A stretch of DNA of 64,000 nucleotides, from NCBI RefSeq assembly GCF_036365525.1, contig NC_090387.1, positions 90,065,691 through 90,129,690 on the forward strand, given 5' to 3'. The first letter of the stretch is position 1. Each line of letters opens with the position of its first letter. Both the position numbers and the translations under genes were made by a program. The stretch is from Heterodontus francisci. Its lineage: Eukaryota. Of the stretch, positions 1 to 13,785 are shown piece by piece. Below the pieces are notes generated by a model. The model was given only the letters and a program-made list of their open reading frames with translations, was not told where the DNA came from and made no database searches.

Positions 1-1565
1 TTTGCTGCAATGTGAAAAAACACGAGGAGACCGGTGACAAGAAACCTGATTTCCTTTCAGGCGCCTCGTTCTGCCATCATATTATCCAACCGAATTTGGA
101 ACAACCCCAACATCTTTGCCTTCACTCCTTGGGAGGAATTTGTTTCTTTGATGCACAGGATGCGAGGCTGAGCAAGCACTGAGAACCTTATCGGAAAATT
201 TTGCGCTATTGTCCTCCATTCCTCGCAAATTTAAATCAATGGACAGAAATGTGTTGGTATTAACTCGAGGCTTTCCGATATATACCGTCTGCTGCATAAA
301 AGTATCGACCCCAGGAAGCGAACAAAAACTCCAACACATCACCAAAGCTGACTCTTTCAGTAACTGCTTTCCCTGAGGTGTGTTCGACATTTGTTTTCCA
401 TTTGTGTCACTCGTTCTGATTCTTCTCCACATTTAAATCGTCAAAGTCTACCCTGCACTTAAAGAGAGATGGATATAGATATAGATGGAAAAATATGAAT
501 AGTTATATAATTAGATACATATTATATAGATATAGATGCATATGTTGTGACATTCTGGATGAATAAACACTGAACGGCGGATTTTAAGTTTAGTCCAGAA
601 AGTGACTGCCAAGATTCAAATAATTGTTTGTGTTCCACGTTCTATTAATTGCAGAATTCTATTCTCCATTTACTTCCTTGATCATTGAAAGTGCCCTGAC
701 TACAGTTGTCCCAGACTCCCCACTGTCACCCTGTGCTATTTCAATCCCATCAATTCGAAAATTGCGACACAGATTTTCCAATTATGCCCAATTTCATAAC
801 ATGATCTAAATGGTTTTTCCTATTTTTGCTGCAACAAATATGTAGCTTCCAGTATATAAGCCTTGACAGCTGCAGGTTATTTCAAGCAGTGAGTCATGTT
901 AATGGACTACAGGGATGAGCTTTGATCCCTCATATTTGGTAATTTTCTAGACCTGGAAATTGCATGGGGTTTCCATAACTTAATGGAATACTCTCAGAGA
1001 ACTGGCCAAAAGAGCGTTTTCAGCCATTTCCCCTATTTCTCCGGGGATTCTCGTAATCACGAAGCCAAGTGAGATCAGGAAACGGGTTGTAGCTCTGTGG
1101 AGTTCTGAAGACAGATTTTCACGAAAAAGCGTTTGGGCGTTCAGCAATAAACGCACGTGCAGCACACAAACGTCAATCTGGTTGGTAGGATCGCACTTCC
1201 CAATGAATGTATTTATATCAATTTCAATGGTGGGAAAATACATCGGGTCCTGTTGCCAGCAGCGCCTTCGCCGGAGTTTCCATTCTGCGCTCAGGGCTGG
1301 CGATGCTTAAAGCCCAGTCGCTAAAGACCAGACCCTCTTTTCACTGCCCCACCAACTGTTTATTTTTGTAAATAAGACTCATTCCGCCTGCTGGGCACTG
1401 ATGGCGCAGGCAGACACAGAGCAGCAGTGACTGATATCGCATCCATTCAGTTAATGGATGGACTATGGAGTTGCATTTTCCGTCCCTACTCGCATCCTTC
1501 TGCACACGGAGAGCCCAACCGAATTTATCTGACAACATAACAAGATATATATGTTTGTCCTTCAG

Positions 1566-1679
1566 TCCATGCAGGGCGCAGCCGATGTGATGGCGCCTTA
1601 TGCTGAACTCGAGATAACGAATTCCTTGAAAGCTCCAAGACCAAAGCATCAAGAAAGGACAACGCATGCCCAGATAGGG
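1566..1679 (+). CDS. Penultimate cytoplasmic-tail exon of upstream IgSF receptor gene (gene A); SMQGAADVMAPYAELEITNSLKAPRPKHQERTTHAQIG
   Basis: Acceptor tttgtccttcag, perfect donor GTGAGT at 1680, 114 nt phase 0/0, open. Contains a YAEL motif and aligns by eye with the next exon. Confidence 0.75.
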
Positions 1680-1805
1680 GTGAGTAGCCGAACAAAGAGA
1701 CACGGAATGCCTGTAATTAACAAGTAAAACGGTGAAGCGTATGAAATACCTTAATAGTGCTGTTGTACTTAACACTAATTCTGCCAGGCTTTGGCAATAT
1801 TGGTT

Positions 1806-2260
1806 GTGTCAGCTGTTACTCAGTTGGTAGAACTCTGGCATCAAACTCAGAAGGTTCTGGGATCATCGTCGCACTCTAGAGACTTGAGCATTTAGTGTAG
1901 GTTGTCACTTCAGTGCAGTACTGAGGGATATCTGCTCTGTTGGGGGTTTCATCTTTCGAATGGGACGTTGGACTGAGGTTTTGGTTCCTTCTTTTTAAGA
2001 TGAATCCCGCGACACTATTCGAAGAGGAGCAGTGGAGTTATCCCCAGTTTCCGAGTCAATATTTATCCTTTAATCAACATCACTAAAACAGATTATCTGA
2101 TCACTAACATATTGCTGTTTGTGGAAGCTTGCTGTGAGCATCTTGGCTGCCGTGCTTCCTACAGTATAACAGGTACTACATTTCAAAAAACAATTCTTTG
2201 GCAGCTAAAATCCTTTGGGATGTCTTGAAGTCTCGAAAGGCCCTATATAAATGCAAACTT
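1806..2260 (+). mobile_element. tRNA-derived Deu-type SINE (SacSINE1/LF-SINE-like) in the last intron of gene A
   Basis: tRNA-like head (ctcagttggtag), central conserved block, L2-like tail (gaaaggccctatataaatgca). Related fragments on - at about 3900-4220, 11460-12090, 46420-46620 and 62540-62650. Confidence 0.65.
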
Positions 2261-2357
2261 TTTCTTTTTTTTTTCTATTTGACTTACAGCGCCTAACTTT
2301 ACATTGCGAACAGTTAACATACCGAACTAATTTTCTTCCCAAATATTGATTTCACAG

Positions 2358-2525
2358 ACCAAGCAAAGGACACCTGATGATAAGCTGACTTACGCTACTG
2401 TATATATGTCAGGGTCAAAGAAAACAGCAAAGCCTAATTATAAGGATAAGAGCACGGAGTATGCTCAACTACGGATCGAAAAACAAAGAGCAGACGTTAT
2501 TTACACCGAACCGAAAGCCACGTGA
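2358..2525 (+). CDS. Terminal cytoplasmic exon of gene A with ITIM (LTYATV), ITSM-like (TEYAQL) and VIYTEP motifs
   Basis: Acceptor ttgatttcacag, phase 0. Translates TKQRTPDDKLTYATVYMSGSKKTAKPNYKDKSTEYAQLRIEKQRADVIYTEPKAT* (TGA 2523-2525). Confidence 0.85.
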   Translation, partial: TKQRTPDDKLTYATVYMSGSKKTAKPNYKDKSTEYAQLRIEKQRADVIYTEPKAT

Positions 2526-4296
2526 TATTGGTTTCCAAAGCGGAGTCCGTTATATAAGTGTGTAGATTTAACTGCAGGAACATTATCCTAACAACAACAT
2601 GACAAATAACAACGATTCGAGGGGAAGGGTGAAGATTAAGAGTTTAATAACAGTCGACAATTAATAACTAACATCGATTTGGAAGAAGTCGCTTCTGTAT
2701 GATTGTCCCCTTCGCCTTACTTAAGAAATTGTGAATGAAATAGATCGTAGAAATTCACCAGCACGATGCCCAAATTCTGCTCCAACAGGTCCCATATGAC
2801 CGAAGCCAGTGAACTGATCCCTCTTCGTAGTTGTATTTAGTATTTACTGACCATGGTGTTTGAATGCTGCAGCATCTTTCGAAAGGGTTGGATTTACAGC
2901 TTTTTTCCCAATCGACAGATTTTAGAGTGGGATTGACTAAAATGAACCACTCGATGCTCAGGTCTGTTCCAGTCGTCAAAAGATTCATTTTACACCGATG
3001 GGAAGCATGGCTTCCCATGCGCTTCTCTACTGAACAAAGGAAAATCCACAACAGATATATTTGTTACTCAGCCCATCCCGGCTGCACACAATCCCATTAT
3101 AACGGTTATTGATTACATTTTACCAGTAAAATTATTAATTATGCATCATGTGGTTGTGGAGATAGCTCATGGTATGCCCCTGATCATCTCAGCTTGTTTA
3201 CAAAGCCCCCTTATCAACTATCCTTGAGTCTTCACAATGAATCCTTCTATCTCTATCAGGCCTGCATTCCTAGTTGCTTTGTGTAGTCCGCAATTAGACA
3301 GAGCAGCACTAATATTGGGGAGGGGGGAGGGGGCGTGCTCCTTGGTCAGGCTAATTGCCTGTGCTAAGCAGAACCATGCTCAATGCTGCAAACTAACTAA
3401 CTTGTCCCACAAAGCCTTGGGTAAATACTCCATTTTGTAACAATACGTGGCTACACTTTCATCTTGTATATATGTGTATATTTATTTAGCTGCATCGGCC
3501 ACAATTCCCCCCCCCCCCCCCCCCCCCGACACAGATAAATCCTAAATCAGAGCACTGTGAACGGTCAGTTACCAATAACCGATTTATTGAAAACTAATAG
3601 GGATATAATTTTCTGGGGTATAAATTCGACTTGGACGGTAGTGCAAAACGGATGGTAGGGGGGCAGACAATAGGTTCTGCGCTCCGTTTGATTTGATTTT
3701 ATATTGAAATTTGGCCTTAGGGATTGCACTGGGGTGAAACAAAATGAATAGCAAAGAGCAATGAATATGCTATAGAGAATCAGATAATGTAACAAATTTT
3801 ATATTACAATTGTTGCGAATCCAACTCCTCCGAAACCTCTTCACGGTTACTGAAGGACTTTTCAAGTGTCGGCACCACTGTGAGGTACGGCAATTGGGAC
3901 TGACAACAACAACATAGCATGTTCCCACAAATAACAATCAAAAGCGTGATAAGATAACTGTTTCAGTGTTGTTGGTTCAGGGATAACTATTGGCCAGGAC
4001 ACGAGGATAACTTTGCTGTTTATCGGCATATAGTACCATGGGTTATTTTACCATGAGAGGCCAGACGAGAATTTCATTTCTTGCCTCCTCCCAGAGACAG
4101 TACCTCTGACAGTGCAACATCCCACAGTGCTGCATCGACATGTGTGCCGAGATTAAGAGCTCAAGTCTACAATGCATTAATCTTTTACCTCAGACAAGAG
4201 AATGATACTGCTGAGCAAAGAGAGGCACTGATGGAGGAGGTCAAGGCCTACTACACAAGTAGAAAGACATTGATTTATGAACTTACTGTGATCTAT

Positions 4297-5277
4297 CTTC
4301 TTCTTCTTTGGCCTCCTTGTTTCGGGAGACAATGGGTAAGCGCCTGGAGGTGGTCAGGGGTTTGTGAAGCAGCGCCTGGAGTGGCTATAAAGGCCTATTC
4401 TAGAGTGGCAGACTCTTCCACGGGTGCTGCAGATAAAATTTATTGACAGGGCTGTTACGCAGTTGGCTCTCTCCTTGCGCGTCTGACTTTTTTCGTGCCA
4501 ACTGCTAAGTCTCTTCGACTCGCCATGCTTTAACCCCGCCTTTATGGTTGCCTGCCAGCTCTGGCGATCGCTGGCAACTGACTCCCACAACTTATGATCA
4601 ATGTCACAGGACTTCATGTCGCGTTTGCAGATGTCTTTAAAGCGGAGACATGGACGGCCGGTGGGTCTGATGCCAGCGATGAGCTCGCTGTACATTGTGT
4701 CCTTAGGGATCCTGCCATAGTCCATGCGGCTCACATGGCCAAGCCATCTCAGTCGCCACTGGATTAGTAGGGTGTATATGCTGGGGATGTTAGCCGCCTC
4801 GAGGACTTAAGTGTTGGAGATATGGTCCTGCCACTTGATGCCAATGATCCTCCGGATGCAGTGAAGATGGAATGAATTGAGACGTCTCTCTTGGCCGATG
4901 TACATTGTCCAGGCCCCGCTACCGTAGAGCAAGGTATTAAGGACACAGACTTGCTACACTTGGACTTTTGTGTTCTGTGTCAGTGTGCCATTTTCCCACA
5001 CTCTCTTGGCCAGTCTGGACATAGCAGTGGAAGCCTTTCCCATGTGCTTGTTGATTTCTGCATCGAGAGGCAGGTTACTGGTGATAGTTGAGCCTAGGTA
5101 GGTGAACTCTTGAACCACTTCCAGAGTGTGGTCGCCGATATTTATGGATGGGGCATTTGTGACGTCCTGTCCCATGATGTTCATTTTCTTGAGGCTGATG
5201 GTTAGGCCAAATTCGGTGCAGGCGGCCGCAAACCTGTTGATGAGTCTCTGTAGACACTCTTCAGTGTGAGATGTTAA
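4297..5277 (-). mobile_element. 5'-truncated RTE-clade LINE
   Basis: RT C-terminal peptides (EVVQEFTYLGS; GRIPKD..YSEL..G.RPTGRPCLRFKD), (GAA)n tail, 10-bp TSD tgtgatctat at 4287-4296 and 5278-5287. Confidence 0.9.
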
Positions 5278-6009
5278 TGTGATCTATAAAACATTATAAG
5301 TACGGATACGGTGAATGCAGAATTTAAAGTAAATCCAGAAAGTGTTACTGGAGAACAAAGCTATTTTACTTGCTTAAGTCTGTTTTCTCCACTCGTACTA
5401 CTTCCTGAATTTACTCTTCAATTCTGCATTTCGCTGAACAATGCTATTTAAAATTTTGCCAATACGTGAATTCAGAATTGAAAAGTAAATCCGGGAAATA
5501 GTACCACAGACAAAACAAAACAGAAGGAAAAATTGTTCTCTTAAAACAGATATTTTAAAGTGTTCGTTTTTACTCAGAAGTTGCAATAATTCTTCAAAAG
5601 GGTCTGCAGAATCTAACTGTTGGGTGCATTGTAAATATGTCGGGATTCTCGAATGGGAGAGTTGTGGTATTGAGATGAAGAGCTTCACTGGGCAATTGGT
5701 CTTTGCGAGCCCTTGACGTTTGTTACGTTGTTACCATCCATCCAGCTGTAACCTATTTTCCAGTGTATCACTATAATTCGAGTGCCAATATCCAGGCTTG
5801 AATCAATAATAACATGATTGAATGTGGTTATAGACTTGTCTTTCTTATTTTACTCATTTGTATTATATCATGAATCCAATTCTAAGATTTTGTGCTGGTA
5901 AAATAAATGTATATCAAATTCCTTCCTGTTACGTCTTCATGTTGCAGTTGTTGTAAGCTTAAAGCTCCAGATTTTTATGAACATAAACAGACAGAAAGTA
6001 CATTTGTTG

Positions 6010-7170
6010 AACATAAAAACGTAAGAAATAGGAGGAGAAATATGCCATTTCGCCCCTCGCACCTGCCTTACCACTCGATAAGATCATAGCTGATCCGATT
6101 GTAGCCTTGACTCCCTCCTTTCCCCTAACCCTTTATTCACTTGTAAATCAAATATCTGTCAAACTCAGCCTTGAATATAATCAATGACCCAGCCTCCACC
6201 GCTTCCTGGTGTAGAGAATTCCAAAGATCAATGACCCTCTGAGAGAGGCAATTCCTCCTCACTTTTGTCTTCAAAGGGAGACACCTTATTTTGAATCTGT
6301 GTCCGCCAGTTCTAAATTCCACCATGAGGGGGAACATCCTCTCAGCATCGATCCTGTCAAGCACCCTCAGAATCTTATATGCTTCAATAAGAGTACCACT
6401 CTTTCTTCTATACTCTGGTGAGTATAGGCATAACCTGCTCAACCTTTCCTGATATGACAACCCCTTCATCCCAGAAATCAGCCTAATGAACCTTCTCTGA
6501 ACTGCCTCCTATGCAAGTATATCCCTCCTTAAATAAGCAGACCAAAACTGTCCACAGTACTCCGAGGTGCGATCTCACCAGTGCCCTATAGAGTTGTAGC
6601 AAGACTTCCCTACTTTATACTCCAATCCCCTTGCAGTGAAGACCAACACTCCGGTTGCTTTCCTAATTAATGCTGTACCAGCATGTCAGCTTTTTATGAT
6701 TCATGCATGAGTACTGCGGCATTCTGAAGTCTCTCTCCATTGAAATAATATTTTGTTTTTCTATTCTTCCTGGCAAGTGGACAACCTCACATTTTCCCAC
6801 GTTATGTTCCATCTGCCATTGTTGCCCAATTACCGAATCTAGATCCCTTTGCAGACACCTTGTGTCCTCACCACAACTTGCTTTTCTACCTATCTTTGGA
6901 TTTTCAACAGATTTGGCTACAACATTTATATGGATTAGAAATTATTGAAGCCCCAGCTGATCCCTGTGGCACCGTACTGATTACAGTTTACCAGCCTAAA
7001 AATAGACCCATTTATCCCAACTCTCTGTTTACTGTTAGTTAGCCAATCCTCTATCCATGCTAATATTATGCCCAACGCCATGTGCTCTTATCTTGACAAC
7101 CTTTTATGTATCTTATCGAATGTTTTCTGTAAATTCAAATACACTACATCTACTGGTTACCCTTTATTCC
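6010..7170 (-). mobile_element. CR1 LINE 3' fragment
   Basis: ORF 6137-6469 (GLSYQERL..L.LYS..; RVIDLWNSL) is a CR1 ORF2 C-terminus, followed by a CR1-type tail. Confidence 0.85.
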
Positions 7171-7409
7171 ATTAGGTAGTCCCGTCAAACAAATGTAAAG
7201 TCATTGCATGGCGCAAGTTGTTGTTTGATCAGTTGTGCTTTAAAAAGTGCGCAATATTATGAACATACCAACTAGGAGCATGAGCTCGGTCCCTCGAGTC
7301 TGTTCCACCATTCAATAAGATCATGGCTGATCTGATAATAATATTGAAACAATATAAGGGATGATCCAGCGATTGTGCTCACAGATCATGGGAAAGCGCT
7401 TGCAGGAAA

Positions 7410-10400
7410 TACTGGTCAGGGAACGCGCGGTACACTCGGAACACAGGGCCTTCCGGGAGCGGAGCAGAGAGGAGCGGACCTGTGGGGAGAGCGTGGATAA
7501 ATTGAGCTCGAAGATCGAGGCTTTAACTTCCCGGAGGGGGGAAAGCAGTCCAGGCGCGCCGCAGTTGGAAAGAAAGTCCACAGTGGCATTACAGGAAAGT
7601 TGCAAGGTGATTGGTTGGTGAGTGATAGCTGTTAGTGCCTGGAAATAGCCTAAAACAATCAGGGGAAAGTATATATTTTTTAAAAACCTGCCATATAATT
7701 GATAAGGTTAGTACCACTAAAGAGTGTTTTTTTTAATTAGTGTAATTTATTAAGGACTTTAGATTGTAGTGGGTAGTTTTTGGAGTAGAACAAGGCCACT
7801 AGTGTAATTAGTATTTTTTAATTAAGGGAGTAACTAATTAATCTAATGGTAATGGTAACGGTGTGTGGGGGCTGGGTGGGGGAAGACTGGGAGAGCCATA
7901 ATGGTAGGAGATTCAATTGTAAGGGGAACATACAGGCGTTTCTGTGGCTGCAAACAAGGCTCCAGGATGATATGTTGCCTCCCTGGTGCTAGGGTCAAGG
8001 ATGTCTTAGAGCGGCTGCAGGACATTCTGAAGGGGGAGCGTGTACAGCCAGTGGTCGTGGTACATGTCGGTACCAATGACATAGGTAGAAAAAGGGATGA
8101 GGTCCTGCAAGGTGAATTTAAGGAGTTAGGAGGTAAATTAAAAAGCAGGACATATAAAAAGTTGTAATCTCAGGATTACTTCCTGTGCCACGTGTTAGTG
8201 AGCATAGGAACAGGAGAATAGACCAGATGAATGTGTGGCTGGAGAAATGGTGCAGGAGGGAGGGTTTTAGATTCCTGGGACATCGGAACAGGTTCTGGAG
8301 AAGGTGAGACCTGTACAAGCGGTATAGGTTACTCCCAGGCAGGAGCGGAACTGATGTCCTTGCAGAGTTGTTTGCTAGTGCTATTGGGGAGGATTTAAAC
8401 TAAAATGTCAGGGTGATGGGAACCTGAGCGGGGAGACTGAGGAGGAGGAAATGAAAGACAGGAAACAAGAAGGCAAAAGTGGAAGGCATAGATAGAAATC
8501 AAGGGCAAAAAACAAATTGGGCTATATGCGAAATAATGCTAAGATGACTAAGAATGTTAAAAAGACAAGCCTAAAGGCATTGTGTCTCAATGTGCGAAGC
8601 ATTCGCAATAAGGTAGGTAAATTTACCACGCAAATAGATGTAAATGGATACAAAGTTGCAATTACGAAGACATGGCTGCAGGGTGACCAAGGATGGGAAC
8701 TGAACATTCAAGGGTATTCAATATTTAGGAAGGACAGGCAAAAAGGAAAAGGAGGTGGAGAAGTGTTGTTAGTAAAAGAGGAAATCAATACAACAGTGAG
8801 TAAAGATATTAGCTCAGAGAATCCTGATGTGGAATCTGTATGGATGGAGCAAAGAAACACCAAGGGGCAGAAAACGCTGGTGGGGGTTGTATATTGACCT
8901 CCAAACAGCAGTGGTCATGTAGAGGATGACATCAAACAGGAAATTAGAGACGCATGCAATAAGGGTTCAACTGTAACTATGGGTGAATTTAATCTACATA
9001 TAGATTGGGCAAACCAAATTAGGAATAATACTGTAGAGGAGGGATTCCTGGTGTGCACACGTGATGATGTTTTGGAGCAATACGTTGAGGAACCAACTGG
9101 AAAACAGGTCATCCTAGACTAGGTATTGTGTAATGATAAAGGATTAGTTTAGGGATTGATTAAGAAGGGGAAAATAGAGCATGAGAGTAAGCTTGCAGAG
9201 AACATAAAAACTGACTGTAAAAACTTCTATAGATATGTGAAGAGAAAAAGATTAGTGAAGACAAATGTGGGTCCCTTACAGTCAGAACCGGGGGAATTTA
9301 TAATGCGGAACAAAGAAATGGCGCACCAATTAAATGCATACTTGGTTCTGTCTTCACAAAGGGGGAGACAAATTACCTCCCAAAAATGTTGGGAATCATA
9401 GGATCTAGTGAGAAGGACAAACTGTATGAAATCAGTATTAGGGAAGTGGTGTTAGTGAAATTGATGGGATTGAAGGCCGATATATCCCCAGGTCCTGAAA
9501 CTCTACATCCCAACGTACTTAGGGAAGTGGCCCTAGAAATAGTAGATGCATTGCTAGTCATTTTTCAAAATTCTATAGACTCTGGGACAGTTCCAACGGA
9601 TTGGAGGGTAGCTAATGTCACCCCACTATTTAAAAAGGGATGTAGAGAGAAAACAGGGAATTGTAGTCCAGTTAGCCTGACATCAGTAGTGGGGAAAATG
9701 CTGGAGCCCATTATAAAAGATCTAATAGCAGAGCACATGGAAAACAATGACAGGATCGGACAAAGTCAACATGGATTTACAAAAGGGAAATCATGCTGGA
9801 CAAATCTACTGGGATTTTTTTAGGATGTAACCAATAGAATAGATAAGGGAGAACAGTGGATGTGGTGTATGTGGACTTTCAGAAGGCTTTCGATAAGGTC
9901 CCACATAAGAGATTAGCGTGCAAAATTAAAGCACATGGGATTGGGGGTAAGGTACTGACATGGATAGAGAATTGGTAGGCAGACAGGAAACAAAGAGTAG
10001 GAATAAACGGGTCTTTTTCCAAGTGGCAGGCAGTGACTAATGGGGTATCACAGGGATCAGTGCAAGGACCGCAGCTATTCACAATACATATTAATGATAT
10101 AGATGAGGGAATTAAATGTAATACATCCACGTTTGCAGATGACACAAAGCTGGCTGGGACTGTGAGCTATGAGGAAGATGCAGAGAAGCTCCAGTGTGAT
10201 TTGAACAGGATAAGTGAGTGGGCAAATAAAGGGCAGATGCAGTATAATGTGGATAAGTGTGAGGTTATCCACTTTAGTGGCAAAAACAGAAAGGCAGATT
10301 ATTATCTGAACGGCAATAGAATGGTAAAGGGGGAGGTGCTGCGAGACCTGGGTGTCCTTGTGCACCAGTCGCTGAAAGTAAGCATGTAGGTGCAGCAGGC

Positions 10401-11057
10401 AGTTAAGAGGCAAATGGTATGTTGGCCTTCATAGCGAGAGGATTCGAGTACAGGAGAAAGGATGTCTTGCTTCAATTATACAAGGCCTTGGAGAGACCAC
10501 ATCTGGAGTATTGTGTGCAGTTTTGGTCTCCTTATCTGAGGAAGGATGTTCTTGCTGTGAAGGGAATGCATCGAAGGTTCACCAGACTGATTCCTGGGAT
10601 GGCAGGACTGATGTTTGAAGAGATAGTGGGTCGATTAATATTGTATTTGCTAGAGTTTAGAAGGATGAGCGAGGATCTCATAAAAACCTACAAAATTCTA
10701 ACAGGATTGGACAGAGTAGATGTAGGAAGGATGTTCTCGATAGCAGGGAAGTACAGGACCAGGGGTCACAATCTAAGGATAAGGGGTAAGCCATGTAGGA
10801 CTGAGATGAGGAGAGATTTATTCACCCAGTGAGTGGTGAACCTATGGAATTCTCTACCACCAGTTGAGGCCAAATCATGAAATATATTCAAGAAACAGTT
10901 AGATATAGTTCTTGGAGCTAACGGGGAAAAGGGTTATGGGGAGAGAGCGGAAACAGGGTACTGAGTTTATATGATCAGTCATGATCGTATTGAATGGCGG
11001 AGCAGGCTCGAAGGGCCAAAGCGCCTACTCCTGCTCCTATTTTTCTTTGTTTCTATG
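7410..11057 (+). mobile_element. Near full-length decayed CR1 LINE (ORF1 SGNH esterase, ORF2 APE + RT; internal deletion near 9150)
   Basis: IMVGDSIVRG..CLPGARVKDV..VVVHVGTND (esterase); CLNVRSIRNK..ITKTW (APE); DWRVANVTPLFKKG, GVSQGSVQGP, FADDTKL (RT). Confidence 0.92.
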
Positions 11058-12129
11058 TGCTTGGTGTTCTGAGCAGTTAAGTTAAAGGTCGGAAGGACAG
11101 ACATTATCGTCCTCGAATCTTCTGGTCAGTGCTCCCTGTGGGCACACTGCGGCCGGGAGCTCCCAATAGGACAAATGAGCCTTTGCATGCATTTCAGCAG
11201 AGAACGCCATGCAGCACCCTAATAATGGTTGCAGATCTTTTCTGCAGAACGTGGATTTGATGAAAGGTGGAATTGCACAGTTTCAAGAGGTTAGATAGAT
11301 CACTTCTAAAAAGGGGAACATCTGAAAGTTGTTTCCTGACCTTGTGTGGAATTTATAAGGAAATCGAACAAGGGAAACGATTACGAATTAAAAAAAAATC
11401 CGATGACTGCCGAGGCTCTTTGTGGAACACGCTAAAAAAAAAAGGCCTATCAGGATGAAAGAAAGAACTTGCATTTATGTAATGCCTTTCAAGGCATCAG
11501 GGCCTTCCAACGCGCTTTGCAGGCAATAAAGTACATACGAAGCATCATTGCTGTAGTGTCGGAAACCCGACAACCAATGTTCGCACAGCAAGATCCCACA
11601 ACCAGCAATGAAATAATGACAAGCTAAACCGTTTTAATGATGTTGACAGAGAAAGAAAGGCTTGCACTTATTTAACTTCCGCGACTTTCAAAAACTCTTC
11701 ACAGCCAATGAGGTACTTTTGAGTGTAGTCACTGTTGTAACGTAGGAAACGCAGCAGTTAACTTGCGCCCAGCAACTCCCACAAACAGCAATGTGATGTG
11801 GTGTTGGCTGAAGTGCCAGGACATTGGTTCTTTAAGTAGTGTCATGGGATAATTTAAAGGGCCCAGTTTTAACTGTGTAAGCGAATGGGTTTTTAGTGTG
11901 TTAAAATCAGGCCCTTTAAAATGACCACTTTGGGGGTGGGTGGGATGGCGTTTAGAGCTTGCCCTTCATCGTTCATCTGAAAGACCATATCTTGGAAAAT
12001 GCAGCACCCATTCAGTAATGCGCTGGAGTGTTAGCCCAAACTATCGGCTCAAATCTGAGGTATAGGAGTTTAATCCATAACCACAGAACCAAAGCGACCA
12101 TACACAGTTCAATCTCACTACTGCCATTT

Positions 12130-13785
12130 CTTTATGGGATGTGGGCGTCGCTGGCTAAGACAGCATGTATTGGCTATCCCTAATTGTCATTGAGAAGGTG
12201 GTGGTGAGCCGCCTTCTTGAATCGCTGCAGTCCATGTTGGTAGATACACCCACAGTGCTGTTAGGAAGGGGGTTCCAGGAATTTGGCCCAGTGACAATGA
12301 AGGAACAACAATATAGTTCCAAGTCAAGATGGTGTATGACTTGGAGGGGAACTTGCAGATAGTGGTGTTCTCGTGCATCTTCTGCCCTTGTCCTTCTCGT
12401 TGGTGGATGTTGCGTGTTTAGAATGTGCTGTCAACGGCGCCTTGGTGCATTGCTGCAGTACATCTTGCAGGTGGTACACACTGCTGCCATTGCACATCGG
12501 TGGTGGAGGGAATGAATGTTTGTGGATAGAGTGCCAATCAAGCAGGCTGCTTTGTCCTCGATGGTGTCGAGCTTCTTGAGTATTGTTGGAGCTTCACCCA
12601 TCCAGGCAAATGGAGGGTATCCCTGTATACTCCTGACTTGTGCATTGTAGATGGTGGACGGGTTTTGGGGACTTGGAAGGTGATTTAATTGCCACAGGAT
12701 TCCCAGCCTCTGACCTGCTCTTGTAGTCATGGTATTTATATGGCTACTCCAGTTCAGTTTCTGGTTAATAGTAACCCCCAGGATGGTGATAGTCGGGGAT
12801 TCAGCGATCATAATGTCATGGGGAGATGGGGAGATTCTCCCTTGTTTGAGATCGTCATTGCCTGGCACTTGTGTGGCGCGAATGTCACTTGCCACTTACC
12901 AACCCAAGCCTGGATATTGTCCAGGGTTTGTTGCATTTCTACAAGGACTGATTCAGTGTCTGAGGAGTCGTGAATGGTGCTGAACATTGTGTGCAATCAT
13001 CAGCGAACATCCCCACACAGCTGAAGATGGTTGGGCCTCGAACAGTAACTGGAGGAACTCCTGCACTCACGTCCTGCAGCTGATATGATTGACCCCCAAC
13101 ACCCACAACTATTTTCATTTGCGCTTGGTATGACTCCAACCAGTGGAGAGTTTCCCCCTTGATTCCCATTGACTCCAGTTTTGCTAGTGCTCCTTAATGC
13201 CATACTCAGCCAAATACTGCCTTGATGCCAAGGGCAGTCAAGCTCACCTCACCGCTTGAGTTCAGCTCTTTTGTCCATGTTTCAACCAAGGCTGTAATGA
13301 GGTCCAGAGCTGAGTGGCCCTGGCAGAACCTAAACTGAGCATCACTGAGCAGGTTATTGCGAATCAAATGCCGCTTGATGGCACTGTTGATGACACATTC
13401 CATCACTTTACTGATGATCGAGAGCAGACTGATGGGGCGATAATTGCCCAGGTAGAATTTGTCCTGCTGTTTGTGTACAGGACATACCTGGGTAATTTTC
13501 CACATTGTCGGGTAGATGACAGTGTTGTAGCTGTGCTAGAAGAGCTTGGCTAGGGGGGCAAGGCAAGTTTTGGAGCACAGGTCTTCAGTACTGTTGCCAA
13601 AATGTTGTCATGGTCCACAGCCATTGCAGTATCCAGTGTCTTCAGTCGTATCTTGATATCATGTGGAGTGAATCGAATTGGCTGAAGACTGGCATCTGTG
13701 ATGCTGAGGACTTCAGGAGGAGTCTGAGATGGATCATCCACTCCGCACTTTTGGCTGAAGATGGTTGCAAATGCTTCAGCCTTAT
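12130..13785 (-). mobile_element. L2/CR1-group LINE (second family), RT and 3' end
   Basis: NYRPISLLSIISKVME, MFADD, AQVRS..Y.P.AW peptides. The same 3' end recurs at about 17930, 55070 and 59330. Confidence 0.85.

Noticed and set aside
82-1340. ORFs 82-432, 624-809 and 980-1243, and possible further gene A exons
   Set aside because: No recognisable domain and no convincing acceptor/donor pair with matching phase.
7865-8167. Stand-alone SGNH esterase gene
   Set aside because: It is ORF1 of the CR1 element.
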